Assembly (NCBI GenBank): GCA_964537315.1
Contig: CAZIAP010000001.1
Span: 221,938 to 285,937 of the forward strand
Reading direction: 5' to 3'
Length of the DNA stretch: 64,000 nucleotides
DNA from: an uncultured Gammaproteobacteria bacterium
GTDB lineage: Bacteria; Patescibacteriota; Microgenomatia; Levybacterales; GWA1-39-11
The translations under genes and the position numbers were made by a program. Below are positions 10,687 through 20,359 of the stretch, in pieces. The notes beneath the pieces were generated by a model. That model searched no databases. It saw only the letters and a program-made list of their open reading frames with translations, and was not told the origin of the DNA. Position 1 is the first letter of the stretch, and each line of letters opens with the position of its first letter.

Positions 10687-12084
10687 ATGAAATTTAGTAC
10701 ATTAACCAGTATTGCGGCAGGAAAAGTAACAAATGCCATAATAAAAGAGTTCGGACTAGGGTCCGGAAGCACCTGGCCCGGCCACATAGCACTAAAACTT
10801 AATAAAACATTTCTTAAAGATCTTACTAATAAAAAAAACTTAAAGATAGTCCTCATTGTAGGAACAAACGGAAAAACTACAACGGCAAAACTGCTCAGAC
10901 ATATTTTAGAAAAAAACGGACTGAAAGTTTTTCAAAATGACGAGGGCGCAAATCTCATAAACGGTATAGCGACTAGCTTACTTCGTAACTCTACTATCCT
11001 GAACAATATCCCATATGATGCGGCAATTTTTGAGGTTGATGAGAATAATCTACCGAAAGTATTAGCTCAGATAAACCCTTCTGCTATTGTTTTTCTCAAC
11101 CTATTCCGTGATCAGCTCGATCGGTATGGAGAAGTACACACCATAGCAAGTAGATGGCAAGAAGCACTTAAAAAAGTTTCTTCTAGGACAATGGTACTTC
11201 TGAACGCAGATGACCCAGAAATTCGATATTTGCTCAAAAGTATAAATGGAAAATCACGCTACTTCTCTATTCCTAATAAGTATCTTTCAGCGAAAAAAAC
11301 TTCATATGATACTGATTCAACTCACTGTCCGTCGTGTGGCACGAAATTAAAATTTTCAAAAATTGCATATTCTCACATAGGTAAGTACACTTGTCCAAAA
11401 TGTAAATTTACTAATGAAAATTTGCTTGACGGCGGACGAGGCATTAAAGGGGAAGTTGATGAGTCATTTCCAATACCGCTTGCAGGCACATATAACGTTT
11501 ATAACACACACGCAGCAGTTAAGACTGCGATAGAAGTATTTAATATACCATCGGAGAAAATAAGAGAAGCTTTAAAAGACTTTAAACCTGCATTTGGTAG
11601 ACAAGAGGTACTTAAGTACAAAGCACGTAGGTTTATCATGTTACTATCAAAAAACCCTGCAGGTTTTAATCAATCAATTTCAGCCATCAAAGAAGTTTAC
11701 AAGTCTAATGATTCTAGAGCAGATCAAGATAAGCGTCGATCTGAAAATGCTGGACCACACCCTAATATTTTAATTGCACTAAACGATAGGATACCTGATG
11801 GACGAGATGTATCTTGGATATGGGATGTAGATTTTGAAGAACTCAATGACAACTCAGCGACAATCATGGTTACCGGGGATAGAGCATATGAGATGGGACT
11901 TCGATTGAAATACTCTACAGAAAGCCAAAAACATAGTTCAGGAGTTAAAATTTTTACAGACAGCAAAAAAGCTATAGACGAACTAGTAAACGCTACACCA
12001 GAGGGAGAGTTAGCATTTATTCTTCCAACTTATTCTGCGATGCTTGAGTTAAGAAAAATCCTAACCGGAAGGGAAATTCTTTAG
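10687..12084 (+). CDS. murT: Lipid II isoglutaminyl synthase, MurT subunit (Mur ligase fold + DUF1727)
   Basis: GTNGKTTT, FEVDE, NLFRDQLDRYGE, CPSC...CPKC zinc site, KNPAG, DGRDVSWIWD. Confidence 0.93.
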   Translation: MKFSTLTSIAAGKVTNAIIKEFGLGSGSTWPGHIALKLNKTFLKDLTNKKNLKIVLIVGTNGKTTTAKLLRHILEKNGLKVFQNDEGANLINGIATSLLRNSTILNNIPYDAAIFEVDENNLPKVLAQINPSAIVFLNLFRDQLDRYGEVHTIASRWQEALKKVSSRTMVLLNADDPEIRYLLKSINGKSRYFSIPNKYLSAKKTSYDTDSTHCPSCGTKLKFSKIAYSHIGKYTCPKCKFTNENLLDGGRGIKGEVDESFPIPLAGTYNVYNTHAAVKTAIEVFNIPSEKIREALKDFKPAFGRQEVLKYKARRFIMLLSKNPAGFNQSISAIKEVYKSNDSRADQDKRRSENAGPHPNILIALNDRIPDGRDVSWIWDVDFEELNDNSATIMVTGDRAYEMGLRLKYSTESQKHSSGVKIFTDSKKAIDELVNATPEGELAFILPTYSAMLELRKILTGREIL

Positions 12085-12897
12085 ATGGAAAATAAAAACT
12101 TGAGAGAGGAAAACTTATCATTAACAATTGGCTGGTTATATCCTGATCTGATGAGTACTTATGGTGACAGAGGAAATATTCTGGTACTAAAAAAACGCTG
12201 TGAATGGAGAGGCATAAAAGTGAAAATACTTCATATAACTCCAGAAACCCCTGAGCATGAACTTTCATCCATCAACTTGCTTTTCGGTGGAGGCGCGCAA
12301 GATCGTGAGCAAGAGATAGTAATGCGTGATTTAAAGGGGAGAAAAGGTATTTGTATCAAAGATTTAATCGAACAATATATTCCATCATTGTTTGTGTGTG
12401 GCTCACCACAGTTAATGGGTAAATTTTATGAACCATCATCGGGAAAAAGAATTGAGGGATTAGGAATATTTGATATGGAGACTAGGCATCCTGGACCCAA
12501 CAACGACAGACTAATCGGCAATGTGGTAGCAAGAGTAAATTGGGATAACTTAGCTGTTCACAGTTCACAGTTCAAAGTTCACAGTGACTACATCGTTGGA
12601 TTTGAAAATCATGGAGGAAGAACTCGATTAGGCCAGAATGCAAAACCATTTGCAACAGTTGTAAAAGGTTACGGCAATAATGGCGAGGACAACACAGAGG
12701 GGGTAGTATACAAAAACGCGATCGGATGTTATTTTCATGGTCCCCTACTTCCAAAAAATCCTCATATCGCAGACTTCTTAATTCAGAGGGCGCTGGAAGT
12801 AAAATATGCAAAAAAAATCCAACTTACCCCACTGAATGATCAATTGGAAAAACAAGCTCACTATGCAATTGTAAAAAAGCTTGGTGTTAAGATATAA
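12085..12897 (+). CDS. gatD: Lipid II isoglutaminyl synthase, glutaminase subunit (CobQ-like GatD)
   Basis: LYPDLMSTYGDRGN, GGGAQDREQ, VCG nucleophile, GFENHGG, YFHGPLLPKNP; directly follows murT. Confidence 0.92.
   Translation: MENKNLREENLSLTIGWLYPDLMSTYGDRGNILVLKKRCEWRGIKVKILHITPETPEHELSSINLLFGGGAQDREQEIVMRDLKGRKGICIKDLIEQYIPSLFVCGSPQLMGKFYEPSSGKRIEGLGIFDMETRHPGPNNDRLIGNVVARVNWDNLAVHSSQFKVHSDYIVGFENHGGRTRLGQNAKPFATVVKGYGNNGEDNTEGVVYKNAIGCYFHGPLLPKNPHIADFLIQRALEVKYAKKIQLTPLNDQLEKQAHYAIVKKLGVKI
12556..12585 (+). repeat. In-frame heptamer tandem repeat (GTTCACA) x4.3 inside gatD
   Basis: gttcaca gttcaca gttcaaa gttcaca gt, encoding VHSSQFKVHS. Confidence 0.85.
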
Positions 12898-12921
12898 TGC
12901 GGATATAAAACTTTTAGCCCC

Positions 12922-13209
12922 ATGAAAATAATAGATGTCAATCATATTGCCAAACTAGCCAATTTAACTCTTGAAAAAGATGAAGTAGAAAAATTTCAAA
13001 AGCAACTCTCCGAAGTACTTGACTATATCTCAAGACTTAATGAGTTAAACACTACTGATATTGAACCGACTAGCCAAGTAACAGGACTTGAAAATGTAAC
13101 GCGTGACGATAAAATCAAACCTTCACTTACCCAAGAAGAGGCGCTTTCTAATGCAGCCTCTCAGCATAATGGGCTTTTTAGAGTGAAAGGTGTATTTGAA
13201 AATGAGTAA
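12922..13209 (+). CDS. gatC: Asp/Glu-tRNA amidotransferase subunit C
   Basis: HIAKLANL...QLSEVLDYISRLNELNT...NVTRDD; upstream of gatA. Confidence 0.95.
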   Translation: MKIIDVNHIAKLANLTLEKDEVEKFQKQLSEVLDYISRLNELNTTDIEPTSQVTGLENVTRDDKIKPSLTQEEALSNAASQHNGLFRVKGVFENE

Positions 13210-13468
13210 GAGAATTGAGAAAAAAGTACTTCCTGAATATTTTGAAAAAATATTGATTGGTGATAAAACATTTGAATTAAGACTTGCAGACTTCGATTGT
13301 AAATCAGGAGACATATTGGTACTTAAAGAGTGGGATCATATTGATAAGAGATTTACAGGAAGAACTTTAGAAAAAAAAGTAACCTACGTGCTTAAAACAA
13401 AAGATATTAAATTTTGGACAGATGAGGAAGTAAAAAAATTTGGCTACCAAATAATTTCATTTAAATAA
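13202..13468 (+). CDS. ASCH/PUA-like (DUF3850) small protein
   Basis: KKVLPEYFEKILIGDKTFELRLADFDCKSGDILVLKEW...FTGR; ATG overlaps the gatC stop. Confidence 0.8.
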   Translation: MSKRIEKKVLPEYFEKILIGDKTFELRLADFDCKSGDILVLKEWDHIDKRFTGRTLEKKVTYVLKTKDIKFWTDEEVKKFGYQIISFK

Positions 13469-13470
13469 CT

Positions 13471-14922
13471 ATGGATACAAAACAATTAACAATTTTTGAG
13501 GCAAAGAAAATGCTGGCTGCAAAAGAAATAAGTGCGACGGAACTGACAAAGGCATATTTATCCCAAATTGAGAAATATGATTCAGAGATAAATGCTTTTA
13601 TTACAGTTACCAACGAAGATGCAATCAGGCAGGCAGAATCAGCTGACAAACTGCTGTCTATGCAAGACGAATCTCTCCACAAAGAAAAGCCATTGCTCGG
13701 AATTCCGGTTGCTTTAAAAGATCTTTTTGTCACCCACGGAACACGTACCACAGCCGCATCCAAAGTTCTTGAGCACTACATTCCACAATTTGATGGAACC
13801 GTCGTTAAAAAACTCAAGGATGCAGGAGCTGTAATTGTAGGAAAAACCAATTGCGATGCGTGGGCACACGGTTCGAGCGGTGAGAACTCAGATTTTGGCC
13901 CTACACGTAACCCATACAACAAAGAATATGTACCGGGAGGGTCTTCAAGCGGTTCACCAGCTGCGGTCGCATCCAATATGTCTCTTATGGCTACAGGAAC
14001 TGATACGGGGGGATCAATACGTCTTCCAGCAAGCTTTACAAATACCGTGGGATTAAAGCCAACATATGGACGGGTTAGCAGATATGGAGTTATTGCGATG
14101 GCATCATCACTAGACTCAGTAGGACATTTTACAAAGACGGTTGAAGATAACGCGCTGGTTCTTAATGTAACTGCAGGAAAAGATGAGATGGACGCAACTA
14201 CTCCTCCAAAAGAGGTTACTGATTACACTGAAAATATCACTGATGGAGTAAAAAACCTAAAAATTGGAGTACCAAAAGAGTATTTTATAGAAGGACTTGA
14301 TCCTCGCATCAAAGAAAGGATAGAAGACGTAATAAAGTTTTATGAATCACAAGGAGCAAAAATAGTTGATATTTCACTTCCTCACACAAAATTTGCAATA
14401 GAAGTATATTATGTTGTCCAAACAGCAGAAGTCTCATCTAATCTAGCTCGCTACACAGGTATCAGGTTTGGCACTGACCGATCTAATTTGGGCGATGAAG
14501 CAAAAAGAAGAATAATGCTTGGCACATATGTGCTCTCTTCTGGCTATTATGACGCTTATTATAAAAAAGCTATGCAAGTACGTACACTCTTGAAAAAAGA
14601 CTTTGACGAAGCATTTAGTCAGTCTGTAGATGGAGTAGACGTGTTACTTACACCCGCATCCCCTTCTCTTCCGTTTAAAATTGGAGCAAAAACCGATGAC
14701 CCTCTGCAAATGTATCTATCAGATATATTTACAGTCCATGCAAACCTTGTTGGTGTTCCAGGAATTTCGGTCCCTGCCGGATTTATAGATGGATTACCGG
14801 TTGGGTTCCAGCTACTTGGAAAGCACTTTGATGAAGCTACTCTTTACAAAACAGCTCATACCTATGAACAAGCTAACCCACACTGGAAGGAGGAACCAAA
14901 ATTAATTTCTAATATCAAGTAA
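13471..14922 (+). CDS. gatA: Glu-tRNA(Gln) amidotransferase subunit A
   Basis: Amidase signature GIPVALKD, PGGSSSGS, GTDTGGSIRLPA, RRIMLGTYVLSSGYYDAYY. Confidence 0.97.
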   Translation: MDTKQLTIFEAKKMLAAKEISATELTKAYLSQIEKYDSEINAFITVTNEDAIRQAESADKLLSMQDESLHKEKPLLGIPVALKDLFVTHGTRTTAASKVLEHYIPQFDGTVVKKLKDAGAVIVGKTNCDAWAHGSSGENSDFGPTRNPYNKEYVPGGSSSGSPAAVASNMSLMATGTDTGGSIRLPASFTNTVGLKPTYGRVSRYGVIAMASSLDSVGHFTKTVEDNALVLNVTAGKDEMDATTPPKEVTDYTENITDGVKNLKIGVPKEYFIEGLDPRIKERIEDVIKFYESQGAKIVDISLPHTKFAIEVYYVVQTAEVSSNLARYTGIRFGTDRSNLGDEAKRRIMLGTYVLSSGYYDAYYKKAMQVRTLLKKDFDEAFSQSVDGVDVLLTPASPSLPFKIGAKTDDPLQMYLSDIFTVHANLVGVPGISVPAGFIDGLPVGFQLLGKHFDEATLYKTAHTYEQANPHWKEEPKLISNIK

Positions 14923-14968
14923 CTAATTCTTAATTTAGTTAGAAATTAGACATTAGTAATTTTAAATT
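14904..14968. repeat. Inverted array of degenerate heptamers (ATTTCTA / TAGAAAT) at the gatA-gatB junction
   Basis: Left arm ATTTCTA ATATCAA GTAACTA; right arm TAGAAAT TAGACAT TAGTAAT TTTAAAT. Confidence 0.6.
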
Positions 14969-14972
14969 TTAC

Positions 14973-16307
14973 ATGCAATATCTACCAATCATTGGTCTTG
15001 AAACACACATAGAACTTTCAACAGAGAGTAAGATGTTTTGTGGATGTAAAGCAAACTACTTTGGTGAAAAACCAAACACCCATACTTGCCCAGTGTGTCT
15101 AGGACTGCCCGGTGCACTCCCTGTTCCAAATATGACTGCCATTGAATGGTGTATTAAAATCGCACTTGCCCTTAATTGTAAAATTAGTGAATTTTCAAAG
15201 TTTGATAGAAAAAATTACTTCTACCCCGACCTTCCAAAAGGATATCAAATTAGTCAGTATGATCTGCCATTTGGGGAACGTGGGTTTATGGAACTATCTA
15301 ACGGCAGAAAAATCGGGATTACTCGCGTACACATGGAAGAAGATACCGGCAAACTAACTCACCAAGAAGTAAACGGTGCAAAATCTAGCTTAATCGATTT
15401 TAATAGATCCAGTGTGCCTTTGGTTGAGATTGTAACTGAGCCCGATTTTCATGATGCAAAAGAAGTTTCAGAATACCTACGCAGGTTACAACAAATTGTA
15501 CGTTATCTTGGTGTATCAAACGCCGATATGGAAAAAGGAGATATGAGGTTAGAACCGAATATATCCGTGGCGGAAATCGAGAATACAGAATCAGAGGTTA
15601 ACAAATTGCCTGCATACAAAGTTGAAGTAAAAAATATTAACTCATTCAGGTTTGTAGAAAAAGCAATAGATTACGAAGTTAAAAGGCATACTGAGATATT
15701 AAAAAAAGGGGAAACACCTACTCAAGAAACAAGAGGATGGAATGATCCGAAAGGTGAAACATTCTCTCAAAGAGTGAAAGAAGAAGCAAATGATTACCGG
15801 TACTTTCCTGAGCCGGATATTCCTCCATTTCGATTTGAAAAGTCATATGTGGAGGAGCTAAGAAGTCTCATACCAGAGCTACCACTGGAAAAAGAGAAAC
15901 GATTTATAAAAGAATACAATATTTCTGATTATGACGCAGAGATTCTAACAAGGGAAAAAAATCTAGCTGACTATTATGAAGAGGCTTTGGCTATCGGGTT
16001 GGACCATGAACTTACTCCAAAACAAGTTGCCAACGCAATAATCAACAAAAAAATTAATCCAGAAAAAGTATTGGCAGCAACACTGGTAAAGCAAATCATT
16101 GAAGAAAACATAGTTGAAACCATTGACGAGGCCAAGCTTGAGTCTTTAATTACAGAAGTATTTTCTGAGAATGAAAAGGCAGTACAAGACTTCAAAAGTG
16201 GAAAGGAATCTGTCATAATGTACCTACTGGGACAGACGATGCGAAAAATCGGTAAAAAAGTAGATACAAAAATGGTCTTAGATAAAATCAAATCCCAGCT
16301 TCAATAG
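14973..16307 (+). CDS. gatB: Asp/Glu-tRNA amidotransferase subunit B
   Basis: IGLETHIEL, FDRKNYFYPDLPKGYQISQ, HMEEDTGK, DYRYFPEPD. Confidence 0.97.
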   Translation: MQYLPIIGLETHIELSTESKMFCGCKANYFGEKPNTHTCPVCLGLPGALPVPNMTAIEWCIKIALALNCKISEFSKFDRKNYFYPDLPKGYQISQYDLPFGERGFMELSNGRKIGITRVHMEEDTGKLTHQEVNGAKSSLIDFNRSSVPLVEIVTEPDFHDAKEVSEYLRRLQQIVRYLGVSNADMEKGDMRLEPNISVAEIENTESEVNKLPAYKVEVKNINSFRFVEKAIDYEVKRHTEILKKGETPTQETRGWNDPKGETFSQRVKEEANDYRYFPEPDIPPFRFEKSYVEELRSLIPELPLEKEKRFIKEYNISDYDAEILTREKNLADYYEEALAIGLDHELTPKQVANAIINKKINPEKVLAATLVKQIIEENIVETIDEAKLESLITEVFSENEKAVQDFKSGKESVIMYLLGQTMRKIGKKVDTKMVLDKIKSQLQ

Positions 16308-16309
16308 CT

Positions 16310-17089
16310 ATGAGTGAATTTGGACCCAAACCCCCACATACAGACAATAATGAACAGAACGAAGTAAGGTCTGAAGAAAACAAGCTGATTAGAGAAACAA
16401 TGGATGTTTATCTATCAGAAGGTAAAGAATTAGAAAATTCTGAAAATCTTTACGAGCAAGAGGCAATTCAAAGAGCGACTGCAAAGGTAAATGAATTAAA
16501 TTTTTATGTTGAAAATAATATACTTACAAGAGAAGAAGCAAACTCAATTCTAGCTCTTGAAATGGCAAGAATTGAATTGAATGGATTGATAGATCCTAAA
16601 ACTAATTCTTTAAACGAGAACGGTATCAATGAGAGGCTGGCAGCAGAGATAAGCCATATAAATAGACATCCTGAAGAATCACTGTCTGTAGGATATTTTG
16701 ATTTAGTTGGATTTAAATCAGTTAACGATTTATTAGGTCACGAAACAGGTGATAAAGTTCTCGCCTACTTTCATCAATTCGTAAAAGAGAATATCAGGAC
16801 TGAAGATTTTGGAGGAAGGCTTCATGGAGACGAATTCTTATATGCATTCCCATCGTCAGATCCAGAGTCAATAAGTGAAAAACTTTCACCACAACTGCTA
16901 AGAGAACAATTTTCAGAGTACGTAAAAGAAAAGTTAAAAGATGAAGGTGTCGATACACAAAATATAAACATATATGCAAGAGTTGGTTTAGCTTCTTTTG
17001 AGCAAGGCGACAGCGTAAAAAGCCTAAAAGATAAAGCAGATATGGAAATGAACGCGCAACGAAATCTAGACGACACAGACGAAAGATAG
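16310..17089 (+). CDS. Cytoplasmic GGDEF-domain protein (HGDEF variant)
   Basis: DPKTNSLN, FDLVGFKSVNDLLGHETGDKVL, RTEDFGGRLHGDEF, ADMEM. Confidence 0.88.
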   Translation: MSEFGPKPPHTDNNEQNEVRSEENKLIRETMDVYLSEGKELENSENLYEQEAIQRATAKVNELNFYVENNILTREEANSILALEMARIELNGLIDPKTNSLNENGINERLAAEISHINRHPEESLSVGYFDLVGFKSVNDLLGHETGDKVLAYFHQFVKENIRTEDFGGRLHGDEFLYAFPSSDPESISEKLSPQLLREQFSEYVKEKLKDEGVDTQNINIYARVGLASFEQGDSVKSLKDKADMEMNAQRNLDDTDER

Positions 17090-17090
17090 C

Positions 17091-20000
17091 ATGACTGAGT
17101 TCGTACATCTCCACAATCACTCTGAATATTCTCTTCTAGATGGTCTTTCTCGAGTCGAAGACATGGTATCGCGTGCAAAGGAACTGGGATTCAAGTCCTT
17201 AGCCATCACTGACCATGGCAATATGTACGGTGCCATTCATTTTTATCAGCTATGTTTAAAAGCAGGTATTAAACCAATCATTGGTTGCGAGGTATATGTA
17301 ACCAAAAATCGACTAGAAAAAGGACAGGGCAGTAACGACTATAATCACCTCATACTTCTTGCCAAAAATGAAACTGGCTACAAAAACCTCATCAAAATTG
17401 TAACAGCGTCATATTTGGAGGGATTTTACTATAAACCAAGAACAGATATAGATTTACTGGAAAAATACTCAGAAGGACTTATATGTCTTACTGCTTGCCT
17501 GAACGGATATATCTCAGAACCACTAATGCAAGATGATGTAAAAACTGCTGAGAAAAGATTGCAAAAATTAAACTCAATTTACGGAGATGGAAATTTATAT
17601 TTAGAATTACAACGTCACCAGAATTTAGCAGAACAAGAGACACTCAACGAAAAGCTTATTGGGCTATCCAGGCAGTACGGTATTCCAATCGTTGCAACAA
17701 ATGATAACCACTATGTTAACTCAGACGATGCTGAGGCTCACGATATTTTATTATGTATCGGAACTCAAACCACAGTTGATACTCCAAACCGCAAATTGAA
17801 AATGATTGATTCACCTGACTTTTATTTAAAAAGTGGTGAAGAAATGGCTTCAACCTTCGCACAGTATCCAGAAGCTATAGAAAATACTGTTAAAATTGCT
17901 GAACAGTGCAATCTGGAAATCGAGCTTGGTAAATGGAAAATGCCTATTTTTGATGTGCCTGAAGGACATACACCTGTAACGTACCTTAAAGAAATTGTGG
18001 ATGAAAGGAAAACTGAACGATACCCAGAAATTACTCCAGAAATCCAAGAAAGAATTGACTATGAACTATCAGTAATTATAAACAAAGGCTACGAGACATA
18101 CTTTTTGGTTGTACAGGATTTTGTAAACTGGGCAAAAGAAAATGGCATCTCAGTGGGCCCTGGAAGAGGATCAGCTGCAGGTTCAGTTGTGTCTTACATT
18201 CTGCATATTACGGATATTGATCCTTTCTACTTCAATCTTCCCTTTGAAAGATTTCTTAACCCTGAACGTCCTTCCGCTCCAGATATAGACTTGGATTTTG
18301 CAGACACACGCCGTGAGGAAGTTATTCGATATGTTACTAGTAAATATGGTCACGACAAAGTTGCCCAAATTATTACTTTTGGAAATATGGAGGCTAAAGG
18401 AGCTGTTAGAGACGCAGGTCGAGCATTAGGAATGCCGTATGCCGCTCCTGATAGAATCTCTAAAATGATTCCCCCCGGATGGCAGGGACACGCAATGACA
18501 ATTGAGAATGCGCTTGAGCAAAGTCCTGACTTGCGTAACGCATACAAGTCAGAGCCTGAAACTAAAAAACTGCTTGATGTTGCAAAGAAGCTTGAAGGTG
18601 TTGCCCGCCATGCATCAATTCACGCCGCAGGTGTAGTGATTGCAGATAAACCACTTACTGAATATGTACCGCTTCAAAAAGAGACGAACGGAGAAAAAAT
18701 TGTTACACAGTACGATATGTATACAGTTGGCGAAGATGGTGTTGGATTACTAAAAATGGATTTTTTGGGACTTCGTAACTTAACTATCATCGAAGAAACA
18801 CTCAAATTTATTCGTGTTAATCAGGGAGTTGATATTGAGCTGTCTAAACTTTCGCTCGATGATAAAAAAACATATGACCTGCTATCAGATGCAGAGACTA
18901 CTGGCATATTTCAGCTTGAGTCTGCGGGAATGCGCAGATATATTAAAGAACTCAAGCCATCTAATATTTTTGACCTCATGGCAATGGTTGCCCTCTACCG
19001 TCCAGGTCCTATGGCAGCAATTCCTGAATTTATAGCCAGAAAACACGGAAGAATGGAAGTAACATATCCTGATCCTCGACTTGAAGAAATACTAAAACCC
19101 TCTTATGGAATTCTCGCTTTTCAAGACGACGTATTACTTACCTCAATCATCATTGCTGGGTACAGTTGGCTAGATGCAGATAAATTCCGTAAAGCGATGG
19201 GCAAAAAAATTCCAGAAGAAATGAAAAAGCAGCGAGAGTTATTTATCTCAGGAGCGGTAAAAAACGGACTTGATAAGAAAAAAGCTGAAGACATGTTTGA
19301 TCTTATCGCTCCGTTTGCGGGATACGGGTTTAACAAGGCTCATGCTTCATGCTACGCAACAATTGCTTACCGTACAGCCTACCTTAAAGCTAACTACCCT
19401 GTGGAGTTTATGACTGCGCTACTTACCGCTGAGACAAGAGGTTCATCAGGTCCAGCTAAGAACGAGAAGATTTCACAAGCTATCGCTGAATGTAAACGTC
19501 TAAAAATTAATGTTCTTCCTCCATCAGTAAACCACTCAGAAGCAGAGTTTACCATTGAAGATAGCACTAATATAAGATTCGGCTTATCAGCGATAAAAAA
19601 TGTTGGCACAGCTGCAATATCAGCAATTTTGGAAGCAAGAAAAGACGGACCGTTTAAAAGCATGTATGATTTTGCAAACAGGGTTGAACTGCAGAAAGTG
19701 AATAAGAAAACAATGGAGTCTCTTATAAAAGCAGGAGCAATGGGGGAATTTGGAAAAATGGCTACTCTACTTTCAACATACCCAGTAATATTGGAGAAAA
19801 TAAATAAAAAAGCTAAACAAGCTGCAAAATCACAGGTTAGTTTATTTGGGGAGGAGGAAGAAGAAGAGTCAGGTGAATATGGAATTTTAAACTCCGGTAA
19901 TGATTTCAGTGATCAAGAAAAACTTGCATTTGAAAGAGAACTGTTCGGATTTTTTCTTACCGGACACCCAATGAGTCATGTTATGGAAAACCTTTCTCGA

Positions 20001-20303
20001 TCTGTTACACATACTATTGAACTTTTGAAAGAAGAAACAACAACTCGTAAAGTAAAAACCGGCGGCATGATATGTTCGATTAAACGTATATTTACTAAAA
20101 AATCTAATGCAGAAATGGCATTTATAACTATCGAAGATCAACTCGGACGTCAGATGGAATGTGTTGTTTTTCCAAAGACATATGAAGCAAACAAACAACA
20201 TCTCTTGCAGGACTCTATTGTCCTGATCAATGGATCACTCGACTTCAAGGACGAACAGCCCGTAGTTCTAGTAGAAAACCTCCAAAAATTTTATAATATA
20301 TAG
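17091..20303 (+). CDS. dnaE: DNA polymerase III alpha subunit
   Basis: HLHNHSEYSLLDG, GPGRGSAAGS, APDIDLDF, KMDFLGL, YGFNKAH; no intein-sized insertion. Confidence 0.98.
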   Translation: MTEFVHLHNHSEYSLLDGLSRVEDMVSRAKELGFKSLAITDHGNMYGAIHFYQLCLKAGIKPIIGCEVYVTKNRLEKGQGSNDYNHLILLAKNETGYKNLIKIVTASYLEGFYYKPRTDIDLLEKYSEGLICLTACLNGYISEPLMQDDVKTAEKRLQKLNSIYGDGNLYLELQRHQNLAEQETLNEKLIGLSRQYGIPIVATNDNHYVNSDDAEAHDILLCIGTQTTVDTPNRKLKMIDSPDFYLKSGEEMASTFAQYPEAIENTVKIAEQCNLEIELGKWKMPIFDVPEGHTPVTYLKEIVDERKTERYPEITPEIQERIDYELSVIINKGYETYFLVVQDFVNWAKENGISVGPGRGSAAGSVVSYILHITDIDPFYFNLPFERFLNPERPSAPDIDLDFADTRREEVIRYVTSKYGHDKVAQIITFGNMEAKGAVRDAGRALGMPYAAPDRISKMIPPGWQGHAMTIENALEQSPDLRNAYKSEPETKKLLDVAKKLEGVARHASIHAAGVVIADKPLTEYVPLQKETNGEKIVTQYDMYTVGEDGVGLLKMDFLGLRNLTIIEETLKFIRVNQGVDIELSKLSLDDKKTYDLLSDAETTGIFQLESAGMRRYIKELKPSNIFDLMAMVALYRPGPMAAIPEFIARKHGRMEVTYPDPRLEEILKPSYGILAFQDDVLLTSIIIAGYSWLDADKFRKAMGKKIPEEMKKQRELFISGAVKNGLDKKKAEDMFDLIAPFAGYGFNKAHASCYATIAYRTAYLKANYPVEFMTALLTAETRGSSGPAKNEKISQAIAECKRLKINVLPPSVNHSEAEFTIEDSTNIRFGLSAIKNVGTAAISAILEARKDGPFKSMYDFANRVELQKVNKKTMESLIKAGAMGEFGKMATLLSTYPVILEKINKKAKQAAKSQVSLFGEEEEEESGEYGILNSGNDFSDQEKLAFERELFGFFLTGHPMSHVMENLSRSVTHTIELLKEETTTRKVKTGGMICSIKRIFTKKSNAEMAFITIEDQLGRQMECVVFPKTYEANKQHLLQDSIVLINGSLDFKDEQPVVLVENLQKFYNI

Positions 20304-20359
20304 TTCGCACCCAACAGGAAGATATCATATCATATCGAATAATTAATAATTGATCCATG

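Noticed and set aside
17091-20303. Intein or intron in dnaE
   Set aside because: Length is normal and no splice-junction or homing-endonuclease motifs were seen.
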